The notes under the pieces: model-generated
The model's database searches: none
The model's input: the letters and a program-made list of their open reading frames with translations, nothing else
What the model was told of the DNA's origin: nothing
From: Actinobacteria bacterium UBA7524
Lineage (GTDB): Bacteria > Actinomycetota > Coriobacteriia > Anaerosomatales > UBA912
Assembly (NCBI GenBank): GCA_002478275.1
Contig: DLMY01000020.1
Location: 13,727 to 77,726 of the forward strand
DNA length: 64,000 nucleotides
Direction of reading: 5' to 3'
Position numbers and translations under genes: made by a program
Shown here: positions 18,485 through 27,625 of the stretch, piece after piece
Layout of the letters: the number at the start of each line of letters is the position of its first letter
How positions within the stretch are numbered: position 1 is the stretch's first letter

Positions 18485-19384
18485 GTGGATCTGGAGCTCG
18501 TACTCAAAGCAGTGCTCTCCTTGGCCGTGATCGGCCTGGCGGCTTCGTTCATGCTCGCCGTGGCGTCGCGCCGGTTCGCGGTCGAGGTGGATCCCCGCGT
18601 CGAGCGCGTCTTGGCGGTCTTGCCCGGAGCGAACTGCGGAGCGTGTGGGAGTCCTTCGTGCTTCGCCGCCGCGGAAGCCATGGTGACCGGCGATGTTCCC
18701 GTCACGGCTTGTACCGCCGGAGGCCAGCCGGTCGCTGATGCGGTCGCAGACGCGTTGGGTGTCGAGAAGTGTGAGGTCTCCTCGGCGGTCAGCATGCGCC
18801 AGTGCGGCGGTGGCAAGGTCGCGAAGCGGCGATTCGAATACAGTGGCGTCATGTCATGTGCCGCGGTCGTTCGCGTGGCCGGCGGTGATCTGATCTGTCC
18901 GACCGGATGTCTCGGCTACGGTGACTGCGCTCGCGCGTGTCCGTTCGATGCGATCATCATGGACGAGCGTGACCTGCCCTACATCGATCTGGACAAGTGC
19001 ACGGGATGCGAGGTCTGCGTCACGGCTTGCCCGCGTGGCGGGACAGGACTGCTCGCTATGCGCCCGGCTGATGCGGGTATCGCCGTGCGATGTTCGGCCC
19101 ACGACAAGGCCAAGGAGCGCAGGGGTTACTGTTCGGTGTGCTGCATCGCCTGCAAGCGCTGTGAGAAGGTCTGCCCGACAGATGCGATCGTGGTCGTCGA
19201 TCTTCTCGCCGTCGTTGACTACGACAAGTGCATCTCGTGTGGCAGGTGTGTCGAGGTGTGTCCTCAGAAATGCATCGACCTGACCGGACGGGCTCTGGCT
19301 CTCTCGGTCCGCGACAGTGACGGAGCCGGTCCTGACGTGGACGGCTTCGAGGCGATGACCGATGAGGAGGCCGCGTCGTTGTGA
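18485..19384 (+). CDS. rnfB: Rnf complex subunit B with polyferredoxin extension
   Basis: It has an N-terminal TM, the LPGANCGACGSPSCFAAAEA motif, and several CxxCxxCxxxCP clusters. Confidence 0.88.
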   Translation: MDLELVLKAVLSLAVIGLAASFMLAVASRRFAVEVDPRVERVLAVLPGANCGACGSPSCFAAAEAMVTGDVPVTACTAGGQPVADAVADALGVEKCEVSSAVSMRQCGGGKVAKRRFEYSGVMSCAAVVRVAGGDLICPTGCLGYGDCARACPFDAIIMDERDLPYIDLDKCTGCEVCVTACPRGGTGLLAMRPADAGIAVRCSAHDKAKERRGYCSVCCIACKRCEKVCPTDAIVVVDLLAVVDYDKCISCGRCVEVCPQKCIDLTGRALALSVRDSDGAGPDVDGFEAMTDEEAASL

Positions 19385-19743
19385 CACGTGGCGATACCGT
19401 ACTGGTGTGCCTCGTCGCAGCGATGGCCCTGTTCGCGCTGCCGCTGTCGGGTGCGCTGGCAGGTGCCCCGGCTCAAGACGTGGCGGTGTTGCAGGGACCA
19501 GCGGGCGTGACGCGTGTCCCTCTCGACCAGGATGCCTCCTATGTCGTCGAGGGTTCGAGCGGCGAGGTCGTGTTCAAGGTTCGAGATGGAGCCCTCAGGT
19601 GTGTCACCTCCACATGCCCGGACCATGTGTGCGTGCGCTCCGGTCTGTTGCGCCCCGGTGCGCCCATAGTCTGCGCACCCAACGGGGTGACGGCCACACT
19701 CGAAGCGCGGGCTGAAGGTGATCTCGATGCGATCTCACGCTGA
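19381..19743 (+). CDS. NusG-domain-II-containing small membrane-anchored protein
   Basis: The GTG start overlaps the rnfB stop. It has a signal/anchor and the motif VVFKVRDGALRCVTSTCPDHVCVRSGLLRPGAPIVCAPNGV, typical of this family. Confidence 0.75.
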   Translation: MTRGDTVLVCLVAAMALFALPLSGALAGAPAQDVAVLQGPAGVTRVPLDQDASYVVEGSSGEVVFKVRDGALRCVTSTCPDHVCVRSGLLRPGAPIVCAPNGVTATLEARAEGDLDAISR

Positions 19744-20257
19744 TTCCCAGACGACCTCGCTGGCTTTGACCGCAGTCCTGGTCGCCGTCGCTGTCTGTCT
19801 CGGATACGCAGAAGCAGTGCTGTTGCCGACGATGCCCGTAGCCGGCGTGCGGATAGGTCTTGCGAACATCGCCGTGGTCATGGCGCTGGCATTCCTCGGG
19901 TCCGGCAGGGCGCTTCTGGTCTCTGTGGTCAGAGTCGTTCTGGTCGCAGCGATCACCGGCACCCTCGGCGGACCGGCGTTCGTCTTCGCGCTGAGCGGCG
20001 CTGTCGCCGCCTGGTTGGCGATGTGCGCCGTGGCACGCGCCGGGCATCTGTTCAGCGTGATCGGATGGTCCGTGGCCGGCTCGGCCGCGCACGTCTCGGC
20101 ACAGCTTCTCGTAGCCTCTTTCTTCGTGGGCTCGGCGGTGCCGCTGCTCATGTTGCCGGCTTCCCTTGGTCTGGCTCTGGCGACCGGTCTTGTGACCGGT
20201 CATCTCTCCCGTCTCCTACTCTCCCGGATACCCTCACCGTCGCTATCGGCCGCGTGA
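19718..20257 (+). CDS. Gx transporter family protein (Hpre_diP_synt_I-like)
   Basis: It has five or more hydrophobic helices and the motif LPTMPVAGVRIGLANIAVVMAL. It overlaps the upstream gene; ATG 19727 is an alternative start. Confidence 0.72.
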   Translation: MISMRSHADSQTTSLALTAVLVAVAVCLGYAEAVLLPTMPVAGVRIGLANIAVVMALAFLGSGRALLVSVVRVVLVAAITGTLGGPAFVFALSGAVAAWLAMCAVARAGHLFSVIGWSVAGSAAHVSAQLLVASFFVGSAVPLLMLPASLGLALATGLVTGHLSRLLLSRIPSPSLSAA

Positions 20258-20272
20258 GTAGGGAGGTGGCGC

Positions 20273-20935
20273 ATGGCGCCACGCATCGTTGGGGGGATCG
20301 GGTCTTCAAGGCAGATGTTGCTTTCGGGATGTCCTGAGTCGGTGACGGACGCAGGCCTCGTGTCCGTCCTGCTCGGAGATGAAGCTGAACGGCTTGGCAG
20401 AGACGTGCTGCGCGAGCATCCCGCACCCGAGGCCCTCTGGAGAGTGAGTGCGGAGGACCTGGTCCACCTGCCGGGGGTCGGCCCCGTTGCTGCCGCACGG
20501 CTTCTGGCCTCCCTGGAGATGACACGCAGGGTCGGAGTGTGGAGGCCCACGTCACGGCCTTCGATATCCACACCCGAGGACGTCGTGGCCCTGTGTTGGC
20601 CCCAGATGCGCGGATCTGACAGGGAGCGTTTCTGGGCGCTTGCGCTGTCGACGAAGAATCGCCTGTTGCGTACGGTAGAGGTCTCGGTCGGCTCTCTCAA
20701 TGCGTCGATCGTCCACCCCAGGGAACTGTTCAAGGAGGCAGTCAAGCTCTCGGCGGCATCAGTCGTTGTCGCTCACAACCATCCGAGCGGCGATCCCACT
20801 CCCTCCGGAGCCGACATCCAGCTGACCCGCAGGTTGGTGAAGGCCGGGGACGTACTGGGGATCGAGGTGCTCGATCACGTCGTGATCGGCGATGGGGGTG
20901 AGCACGCGAGTCTTCGCGAACTCGGGCTGATGTGA
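20273..20935 (+). CDS. radC: RadC-family JAB/MPN-domain protein
   Basis: ATG follows GGGAGGTGG. It has an HhH-like [12 protein letters not shown] and the JAMM motif [20 protein letters not shown]. It sits upstream of mreBCD, as in many Gram-positives. Confidence 0.88.
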   Translation: MAPRIVGGIGSSRQMLLSGCPESVTDAGLVSVLLGDEAERLGRDVLREHPAPEALWRVSAEDLVHLPGVGPVAAARLLASLEMTRRVGVWRPTSRPSISTPEDVVALCWPQMRGSDRERFWALALSTKNRLLRTVEVSVGSLNASIVHPRELFKEAVKLSAASVVVAHNHPSGDPTPSGADIQLTRRLVKAGDVLGIEVLDHVVIGDGGEHASLRELGLM

Positions 20936-21144
20936 CAGGGTCAACGCCGCTACCTGGGCGATGTCTTCGCCTCCGCACGCTCGCAAGACCCTCGCTATGC
21001 TACACTTGTCCGGTTCAGACGTGCGGTCGACGAGCGATGGGGCTCTGTCGACCGTTCGAGCGTGCTCGCAACGCAGCGTTTCGGCTGTTCTCGCGTGCCG
21101 GGTGTGATCAGGCACGTGGATGCGAAGGGAAAGGGATAGCGACC

Positions 21145-22185
21145 GTGTCGCTTATAGATATGTTCTTCAACTCATGGGGCGGCGACATGGCCGTCGACCT
21201 CGGAACGGCCAACACGCTCGTGTCGGTTCGTGGCCGGGGCATCGTCTTGATAGAGCCGTCGGTCGTGGCTGTGGAGAAAGACACCAAGCGCGTGCTCGCC
21301 GTCGGTATCGAGGCCAAGCGTATGCTCGGACGCACACCCGGCAGTATCGTTGCCATCCGCCCACTGAAAGACGGCGTCATCGCCGACTTCGAGGTCACCG
21401 AGGCGATGCTGCGCTACTTCATCAACAAGACGCGCGTGAAGCGCTTCCCCTGGCAGCCCAAGCCGCGAGTGGTGGTATGCGTACCGTCCGGAGTGACCGA
21501 GGTCGAGAAACGAGCGGTGTTCGAGGCCACGATGCAGGCGGGCGCTCGCCAGGCCTATCTCATCGAGGAGCCTATGGCCGCTGCGATCGGTGCCGGTCTT
21601 CCGATCCAGGAGCCGACGGGCAACATGGTCGTCGACATCGGCGGAGGGACCACCGAGGTCGCGGTCATCTCGCTCGGCGGCATCGTCGTGGCGCAGTCCA
21701 TACGCATCGCAGGCGACGAGTTCGATGAAGCGATCATCGCCCACGTCAAGCGCGTGTACAACGTGCTTATCGGCGAGCGCACCGCCGAGGAGATCAAGTT
21801 CGAGATCGGTAGCGCATGGCCGCTTCTCGAGGAGGTCGATGTCGAGATACGAGGACGTGACCTGCTCACAGGCCTCCCCAGGACCGTCGCCATGGAGTCC
21901 GAGGAGATCCGTGAGGCGATCGAGGAGCCGCTCGGGGCGATCATCGATGCTGTGAAGGCCACGCTTGAGAAGACGCCGCCGGAACTTGCGAGCGATCTGA
22001 TGGAGTACGGGATCGTGCTGACCGGTGGAGGCTCGTTGCTTCGTGGGCTGGATGAGCGCTTGAAGAGCGAGACCGGTATGCCCGTCCATGTCTCCGAGAA
22101 TGCGCTGACCAACGTGGTGGACGGTTCCGCGATGGCCCTCGAGGAGATAGACGCGCTCAAGAAGATCCTCACCGGCGCCCGCTAG
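21145..22185 (+). CDS. mreB: Rod-shape determining actin homologue MreB
   Basis: It has [36 protein letters not shown] and [11 protein letters not shown]. The start GTG 21145 follows GAAGGGAAAGGGA; ATG 21160 is an alternative. Confidence 0.93.
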   Translation: MSLIDMFFNSWGGDMAVDLGTANTLVSVRGRGIVLIEPSVVAVEKDTKRVLAVGIEAKRMLGRTPGSIVAIRPLKDGVIADFEVTEAMLRYFINKTRVKRFPWQPKPRVVVCVPSGVTEVEKRAVFEATMQAGARQAYLIEEPMAAAIGAGLPIQEPTGNMVVDIGGGTTEVAVISLGGIVVAQSIRIAGDEFDEAIIAHVKRVYNVLIGERTAEEIKFEIGSAWPLLEEVDVEIRGRDLLTGLPRTVAMESEEIREAIEEPLGAIIDAVKATLEKTPPELASDLMEYGIVLTGGGSLLRGLDERLKSETGMPVHVSENALTNVVDGSAMALEEIDALKKILTGAR

Positions 22186-22203
22186 GAAGCTGGTCTTCCG
22201 GAT

Positions 22204-23061
22204 ATGAAGATGGGCCAACGTGACAGAGCCGGAGGCAGCGGGATACTCCTTGCGCTTCTCGTCGTCTTGTCACTCGTGATGACCACGATCTACTTCCGTG
22301 AAGGGGAGACCGGGCCCCTGCACCGGACCCGCCAGACGGTCAGGGCTATCACAGCGCCTGTCTCTGCGGCAGGTGATTGGGTGTTCACTCCCGTGCGGGC
22401 GGTTCGTTCCTGGATGCGGAATCTCGGTGTGAGCCGGGAAGAGGTGGATGCCCTCAGAGCGCAGAACGTCGAATTGCGAGCCCGCGTCGTCGAGCTCGAA
22501 GAGGCGGGGTTGGAGAACGAACGCCTCCGGCGCTTGATCGATTTCCTCGAAACCAGTGAGTTGGAGGCCAAGGGAGCGAGGGTGATCAGGCGTCCCGCCA
22601 CTGCTTGGGAGGGTACGATCCTGATCGACCGGGGGTCGCGCGACGGTATCGAGCCGGGGATGCCCGTTCTGGCTCCCGGCGGGCTGCTTGGTCAGACGGT
22701 GGATGTCACGGCTCGCTCCTCGACGGTCCGGCTCATCACCGACCAGCGATCGGGAGTGGCCGCGATCCTTCAGTCCACCCGCGCAGAGGGAGTCGTGCGC
22801 GGCTCTATCGAGGGGCGGTTGTCCCTGGAGTATGTCAGCCGTGAGACGACGGTGAATGTGGGTGACGTGGTTCTCACGTCGGGCATGGGCGGTGTCTACC
22901 CCAGGGGTCTGTTCATCGGTGAGGTAAGCGACTACGAGTTAAGAGACAACGACCTGTTTCCACGCATCGTCGTGAGGCCCATCGCGCGATTCGAGGGTAT
23001 CGAAGAAGTAGTCGTCTTGCTTGGTGCACCGCCGCAACCTGAGATAGGGGGCGGCGAGTGA
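22204..23061 (+). CDS. mreC: Rod-shape protein MreC
   Basis: It has an N-terminal TM, a coiled coil (LRAQNVELRARVVELEE), a beta-rich C-terminus (VLTSGMGGVYPRGLFIG), and the expected position after mreB. Confidence 0.88.
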   Translation: MKMGQRDRAGGSGILLALLVVLSLVMTTIYFREGETGPLHRTRQTVRAITAPVSAAGDWVFTPVRAVRSWMRNLGVSREEVDALRAQNVELRARVVELEEAGLENERLRRLIDFLETSELEAKGARVIRRPATAWEGTILIDRGSRDGIEPGMPVLAPGGLLGQTVDVTARSSTVRLITDQRSGVAAILQSTRAEGVVRGSIEGRLSLEYVSRETTVNVGDVVLTSGMGGVYPRGLFIGEVSDYELRDNDLFPRIVVRPIARFEGIEEVVVLLGAPPQPEIGGGE

Positions 23062-23573
23062 GTCGTACACTGCCTATCGTAGCGGCACTCGTGGTCGCGG
23101 CCCTCTTGCAGGTCGCCCTTGCCCCACACCTGGCTATCGGCGGCGTTGCGCCCAACCTGCTCCTGCTCGTCGTGTTGTCCTTGGCGCTACTTCGAGGAGC
23201 CGGGTCGGGTGCTGCAGCCGGGTTCGCGGCGGGTCTCGTGTTCGACCTTCTCGGCACAGGGCCGATCGGTCCGGCGGCTCTCGTCTTGGCGGTTGTCGGA
23301 TACCTCGCAGGGTCGCTCCAGGAGAACATGTTCGCAGAAGGATGGCGGCTTCCGGTCACCGTGGTCTTCATCGCCGGCCTGGTCGCGGAGCTGTCCTACG
23401 CGGCTGTTCTTGCAGTCCTCGGAGTCGGGTCACCGTTCCTGTCATCGTTGACCGCCGTGATCCTGCCTGCCGCTGCCTATAATGGTGTGTTAGCGCTCCT
23501 GGTGTATCCGTGGTTGGCTCGCTTCTTGCGGCAGGAGCGGCGCGTTACGACGTTCCGCCGCATCGGCAGTTAG
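23058..23573 (+). CDS. mreD: Rod-shape protein MreD
   Basis: It is a small polytopic membrane protein that overlaps the mreC stop, in the canonical position. Confidence 0.8.
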   Translation: MSRTLPIVAALVVAALLQVALAPHLAIGGVAPNLLLLVVLSLALLRGAGSGAAAGFAAGLVFDLLGTGPIGPAALVLAVVGYLAGSLQENMFAEGWRLPVTVVFIAGLVAELSYAAVLAVLGVGSPFLSSLTAVILPAAAYNGVLALLVYPWLARFLRQERRVTTFRRIGS

Positions 23574-23606
23574 GAAGATGACGGCGGGTTTCCGGTTGTC
23601 ATCTTC
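23572..23606 (+). terminator. Stem-loop between mreD and mrdA (possible attenuator)
   Basis: GGAAGATGAC-15 nt-GTCATCTTCC forms a 10-bp perfect stem that overlaps the mreD stop. Confidence 0.35.
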
Positions 23607-23642
23607 CCGAGCGTATCGATCGTGATGAGGATACGGACCTAG

Positions 23643-25502
23643 ATGCTCGACTTCCGACAACACCTGAAAGGCCGTTACGCCGCCCTGGCGATGATCGTCC
23701 TTGCCATCCTCGGTATCCTGCTCGTTCGTCTGTGGAGCATGCAGGTGCTTTCGGGGGACGACTACGTCGCGATGGCCGAGAACAACCGGTTGCGGGAGAT
23801 ATCGATCGATGCGCCGCGCGGCCGGATACTCGATCGCAACGGAACACCGCTCGTCACCAACAGGCCCAGTCTCGCAGTCGTTGCCGCAGCGGGGACGAAA
23901 GACGACGAGGAGCTGCTCAACCGCTTGTCCGCACTGTTGGGCATGAATGTCGAGGAGATCCGGGAACGGGTTTCCTCGGTCAAGGAAGCGGCGTTGAGGC
24001 CTCGTGTCGTCATGATCGATGCGAGCAAGGAGATAGTCGCGTATCTTGCCGAGCATGAGGCGGAGTTCCCCGGAGTCGAGGTCCAGGTCATCCCGTTGAG
24101 GGAGTACCCCAACGGTCAGGTGGCCGCCCACATCCTCGGGTACACAGGGGAGATCTCCGAGGCGCAGATAGCCGAACCCGACTTCGAGGGGTACGTCTTA
24201 GGGGACACGGTCGGGAAGACGGGTGCCGAGCGTCAGTTCGAGTCGGTGCTGCAAGGCGACAAGGGGTATCGCAGGATCGAGGTCGACGCAGTCGGGCGTC
24301 CTCGCAATATCGTCGAGGAGACGGATCCCGTGCCCGGACGCGACATAGTCCTCACCATCGACCTCGAGGTACAGCGTGTCGCCGAGGAAGCCTTGATGCT
24401 CGCTCTTGAAGAGGCACATTCGGACGATTTCACCTCCGCCCGTGCTGCAGCCGCTGTCGCAGTGGACGTGCAGACCGGAGAGGTCTTGGCGATGGCCAGT
24501 CTGCCGACGTACGATCCGCAGCTCTTCCTGGGTGGCATCTCCGCCGCCGACTGGGAACGACTGAACGCGAAGGACAGCGAATACCCGCTGAACAATCGGG
24601 CTACCATGGCGCTCTATCCGACTGCCTCGACCTTCAAGGTGATAACGGGCCTTGCCGGCCTGACGTATGGCACGACGAGCGAGTGGAAGATGTACCGCTG
24701 CGATGGCCGTTGGACCGAGATGGGTGAGCAGTGGTCCAAGTACTGCTGGAAGCGAGCGGGCGGCCACGGCGCGGTCAGTTTTCACCGGGGGATCGTCGAC
24801 AGTTGCGACACGGTGTTCTATGAGATCGGTTACGACTTCTACAAGCAAGGTGACGAGAAGCTTCAGAAGTACGCACGTCAGTGGGGCTACGGAGAGCTCA
24901 CAGGAATCGACCTTCCCGGGGAGGTTTCGGGACGAATGCCGGATGCAGCCTGGAAGGCGGCGTTCAATCGCAACTACCCGGAGTTCCGCACGTGGCTGCC
25001 GGGCGATACCGTCAACATCTCGATCGGGCAGGGAGATATGCTCGCCACTCCGTTGCAGGTGGCGGCGTCTTACGCTGGAATCGCTAATGACGGCAGGATA
25101 ATGAGACCGCATGTCCTCAAGCAGGTGCTCGACTCGCAAGGGGAGCCGGTCATCGAGATGAAACCCGAAGTCGCATTCTCACCGGATGTCGACCCCGGGC
25201 ATCTTGCCGTCATCCATAGGGCCCTGGTCGCAGTCACACAGGAGGGAACCGGTGCCAGTGCGTTTCGCGGGTTCGAGGCGAAGGTCGCCGGCAAGACGGG
25301 GACCGCAGAGGTCGCCGGCAAGGATGACTACGCGTGGTTCGCGGCGTATGCGCCCGCGGCGGAGCCCCGCTATGCGGTGGCCGTCGTGATCGAGCAAGGT
25401 GGGCACGGCGGCTCAGTCGCGGGGCCGGCGGCTCGCGAGATACTGTCGGCCCTGCTGGGGTTGCCGGTCGAACATGTCAAGGCGACCGATGTGTCGAGGT
25501 AG
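23643..25502 (+). CDS. mrdA: Penicillin-binding protein 2 (elongasome transpeptidase)
   Basis: It has an N-terminal TM, a PBP dimerisation region, the active-site STFK, the SCD triad position and KTGTAE. Confidence 0.9.
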   Translation: MLDFRQHLKGRYAALAMIVLAILGILLVRLWSMQVLSGDDYVAMAENNRLREISIDAPRGRILDRNGTPLVTNRPSLAVVAAAGTKDDEELLNRLSALLGMNVEEIRERVSSVKEAALRPRVVMIDASKEIVAYLAEHEAEFPGVEVQVIPLREYPNGQVAAHILGYTGEISEAQIAEPDFEGYVLGDTVGKTGAERQFESVLQGDKGYRRIEVDAVGRPRNIVEETDPVPGRDIVLTIDLEVQRVAEEALMLALEEAHSDDFTSARAAAAVAVDVQTGEVLAMASLPTYDPQLFLGGISAADWERLNAKDSEYPLNNRATMALYPTASTFKVITGLAGLTYGTTSEWKMYRCDGRWTEMGEQWSKYCWKRAGGHGAVSFHRGIVDSCDTVFYEIGYDFYKQGDEKLQKYARQWGYGELTGIDLPGEVSGRMPDAAWKAAFNRNYPEFRTWLPGDTVNISIGQGDMLATPLQVAASYAGIANDGRIMRPHVLKQVLDSQGEPVIEMKPEVAFSPDVDPGHLAVIHRALVAVTQEGTGASAFRGFEAKVAGKTGTAEVAGKDDYAWFAAYAPAAEPRYAVAVVIEQGGHGGSVAGPAAREILSALLGLPVEHVKATDVSR

Positions 25503-26654
25503 ATGCAGATGAGGATAGGAGACGACGGGTTCAGGCGTCTCATGAACGTGCCGTTGCTGGTGTCGGTGGCCCTGCTGGTGCTGTACGGCAGCGTCATGGT
25601 GCAGTCGGCGACGTCAGGCATGGCCGGTGGTGGGGGCATGTTCTACCGGCATCTGTTCGGCCTGGGTCTGGGCTTCGTCCTGCTCGTCGTCGCCTGGTTG
25701 ATCGACTACAGTAAGTTCGCCGGGTGGATAGGTCCGCTGATCTTCTTGAATGCGTTTCTCATCCTTTCGCCCCGGATCCCGGGCCTTGGCGCCACGGCCA
25801 AGGGCGCCACCTCCTGGCTGGAGATCGCGGGTGTGCGGTTGTTCCAGCCCTCAGAGCCAGCCAAGCTTGTGACCATCGTGATCATGGCGGCCGTGATAGC
25901 TCAGTACAAGGGCAGGATCGAGCAGCCACGAGACGTGGCGAAGATACTTGGGATTCTTGCGATACCGCTCGGTCTGATCCTGCTTCAGCCGGATCTGGGT
26001 ACTGGTCTGGTCTTCGTGGCGATCACCATGGGGATGCTTCTGGTTGGTGGCCTGAAAGTGAAGTGGTTCGTTGCGTTCGGGCTCACGGTGGTGCTGGGCT
26101 TGGGGCTGCTCCTCCCGATAGATGCTGGATTGGATGCCATGGCGGGCAAAGACGTCGCTCTCAAGGAGTACCAGAAGAACCGCCTGCTCGTGTTCGTTGA
26201 CTCCTCCCGTGATCCTAAGGGTGCGGGCTACAACCTCGCGCAGTCCAAGATCGCGATCGGCTCGGGTGGCCTGAGCGGTCAGGGACTCGGTTCGGGCACC
26301 CAGGGCAACCTCAACTTCCTGCCCGAACGCCACACGGATTTCATCTTCTCCGTGCTCGGTGAGGAGCTCGGTTTCCTCGGCGCCGCATTGTTGCTCGGCC
26401 TGTATCTTGTGCTGATGATCACCGCACTCGAGATATCGGTGCAGTCGAAGGACCTGTTCGGATCGCTGATCGCGGCCGGGCTGATCAGTATGTGGGCGTT
26501 CCAGGTGCTTGAGAACGTGGGCATGACGATAGGGCTGATGCCGATCACCGGCATCCCGTTGCCGTTCATGAGCTTCGGTTCCTCGGCGATGATCACCAAT
26601 CTGGCCGGAACGGGTATGTTACTGTCGGTCTGGGCCCGCCGGCGCAGGACCTGA
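25503..26654 (+). CDS. rodA: SEDS glycosyltransferase RodA
   Basis: It is an FtsW/RodA/SpoVE-family polytopic protein (QPSEPAKL, PERHTDFIFSVLGEELG, GIPLPFMSFGSSA) that immediately follows mrdA. Confidence 0.9.
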   Translation: MQMRIGDDGFRRLMNVPLLVSVALLVLYGSVMVQSATSGMAGGGGMFYRHLFGLGLGFVLLVVAWLIDYSKFAGWIGPLIFLNAFLILSPRIPGLGATAKGATSWLEIAGVRLFQPSEPAKLVTIVIMAAVIAQYKGRIEQPRDVAKILGILAIPLGLILLQPDLGTGLVFVAITMGMLLVGGLKVKWFVAFGLTVVLGLGLLLPIDAGLDAMAGKDVALKEYQKNRLLVFVDSSRDPKGAGYNLAQSKIAIGSGGLSGQGLGSGTQGNLNFLPERHTDFIFSVLGEELGFLGAALLLGLYLVLMITALEISVQSKDLFGSLIAAGLISMWAFQVLENVGMTIGLMPITGIPLPFMSFGSSAMITNLAGTGMLLSVWARRRRT

Positions 26655-26683
26655 TCTCGGGCTACGAAGAGAGGAGCGCGTCG

Positions 26684-27625
26684 ATGCGCTTGCCCATAGA
26701 TGTGTTCGATACCGTGCGCAGCGGTACACAGATACAGAAGGAACGCGAGAAGCCGGTTCGGATCGCGGTGTTCGTCGAATTCGACGCTCCCGATGAGCTC
26801 GTCGAATCCGTTCGCGAGCACCTTCGCCCGGCAAGCGCCGGGGCCAGACTGCATATCGAGGTGGCCGAACCGGGGACCAAGCTCATGGTCGACCCTTCCG
26901 CCGACGCGGTCGTCGGCATCGCGGGAAGCGGGAAGGGTGGTTTGAGCGAATCACTCGCCGCCGCGCGCGAGCGTGCCGTGCCAACGGCTTTGGTCGCTTT
27001 GGCCGAAGACAGAGACGGTGTCGCACGCAGGTTCGACCATCCCTTGCTCGACACGCTCGCCAACGAGGACCCGTCAGAGGCCGTCGCGCTGGAGCTCGGC
27101 GATTGGCTCTCCATGCGTATCCCGGCTAAGCGACTCGCACTCGCACACAACTTCGCTTTCATGCGCAGGGCCGTTGCACTGGAGCACGTGCGCAACACCG
27201 CGCTCCAGAACGCGCTCATCGGTGCGGTGACGATAATCCCAGGCGCCGACATGCCTCTCATGACCGCCAACCAGGCCAAGATGGTCCTGCAGATCGCGGC
27301 GGCGTACGGTGAGGTGCTCGGAGCCGAGCGGGCCAAGGAGCTTCTCGGCGTCGTCGGCGGCGCGTTCGCATTCCGGACCGCCGCTCGCCAGGTGGTCGGA
27401 ATGGTGCCGGGCTTCGGTTGGGCCATCAAGGGCGGCATCGGCTACACCGGGACTCTCGCCATGGGCTATGCGGCGATCAAGTACTTCGAGGGAGGGGTTG
27501 ACCTCGAGGGCCTCAAACGGCGTTTCGACACCTTGCGTGCGCAGGTCGCCTCGAGGCGTCGTTCCCTCAGCGAGGCGCCGACCGACGAGATCGAGATCGC
27601 CGAGGAGATCCATACCGGTGTCTAG
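26684..27625 (+). CDS. DUF697-like protein with degenerate P-loop
   Basis: ATG follows GAAGAGAGGAG. The C-terminal half (GADMPLMTANQAKMVLQIAAAYGE...GWAIKGGIGYTGTLAMGYAAIKYF) resembles DUF697. The N-terminal half has GIAGSGKGG, a Walker-A-like motif lacking the Ser/Thr. Confidence 0.55.
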   Translation: MRLPIDVFDTVRSGTQIQKEREKPVRIAVFVEFDAPDELVESVREHLRPASAGARLHIEVAEPGTKLMVDPSADAVVGIAGSGKGGLSESLAAARERAVPTALVALAEDRDGVARRFDHPLLDTLANEDPSEAVALELGDWLSMRIPAKRLALAHNFAFMRRAVALEHVRNTALQNALIGAVTIIPGADMPLMTANQAKMVLQIAAAYGEVLGAERAKELLGVVGGAFAFRTAARQVVGMVPGFGWAIKGGIGYTGTLAMGYAAIKYFEGGVDLEGLKRRFDTLRAQVASRRRSLSEAPTDEIEIAEEIHTGV

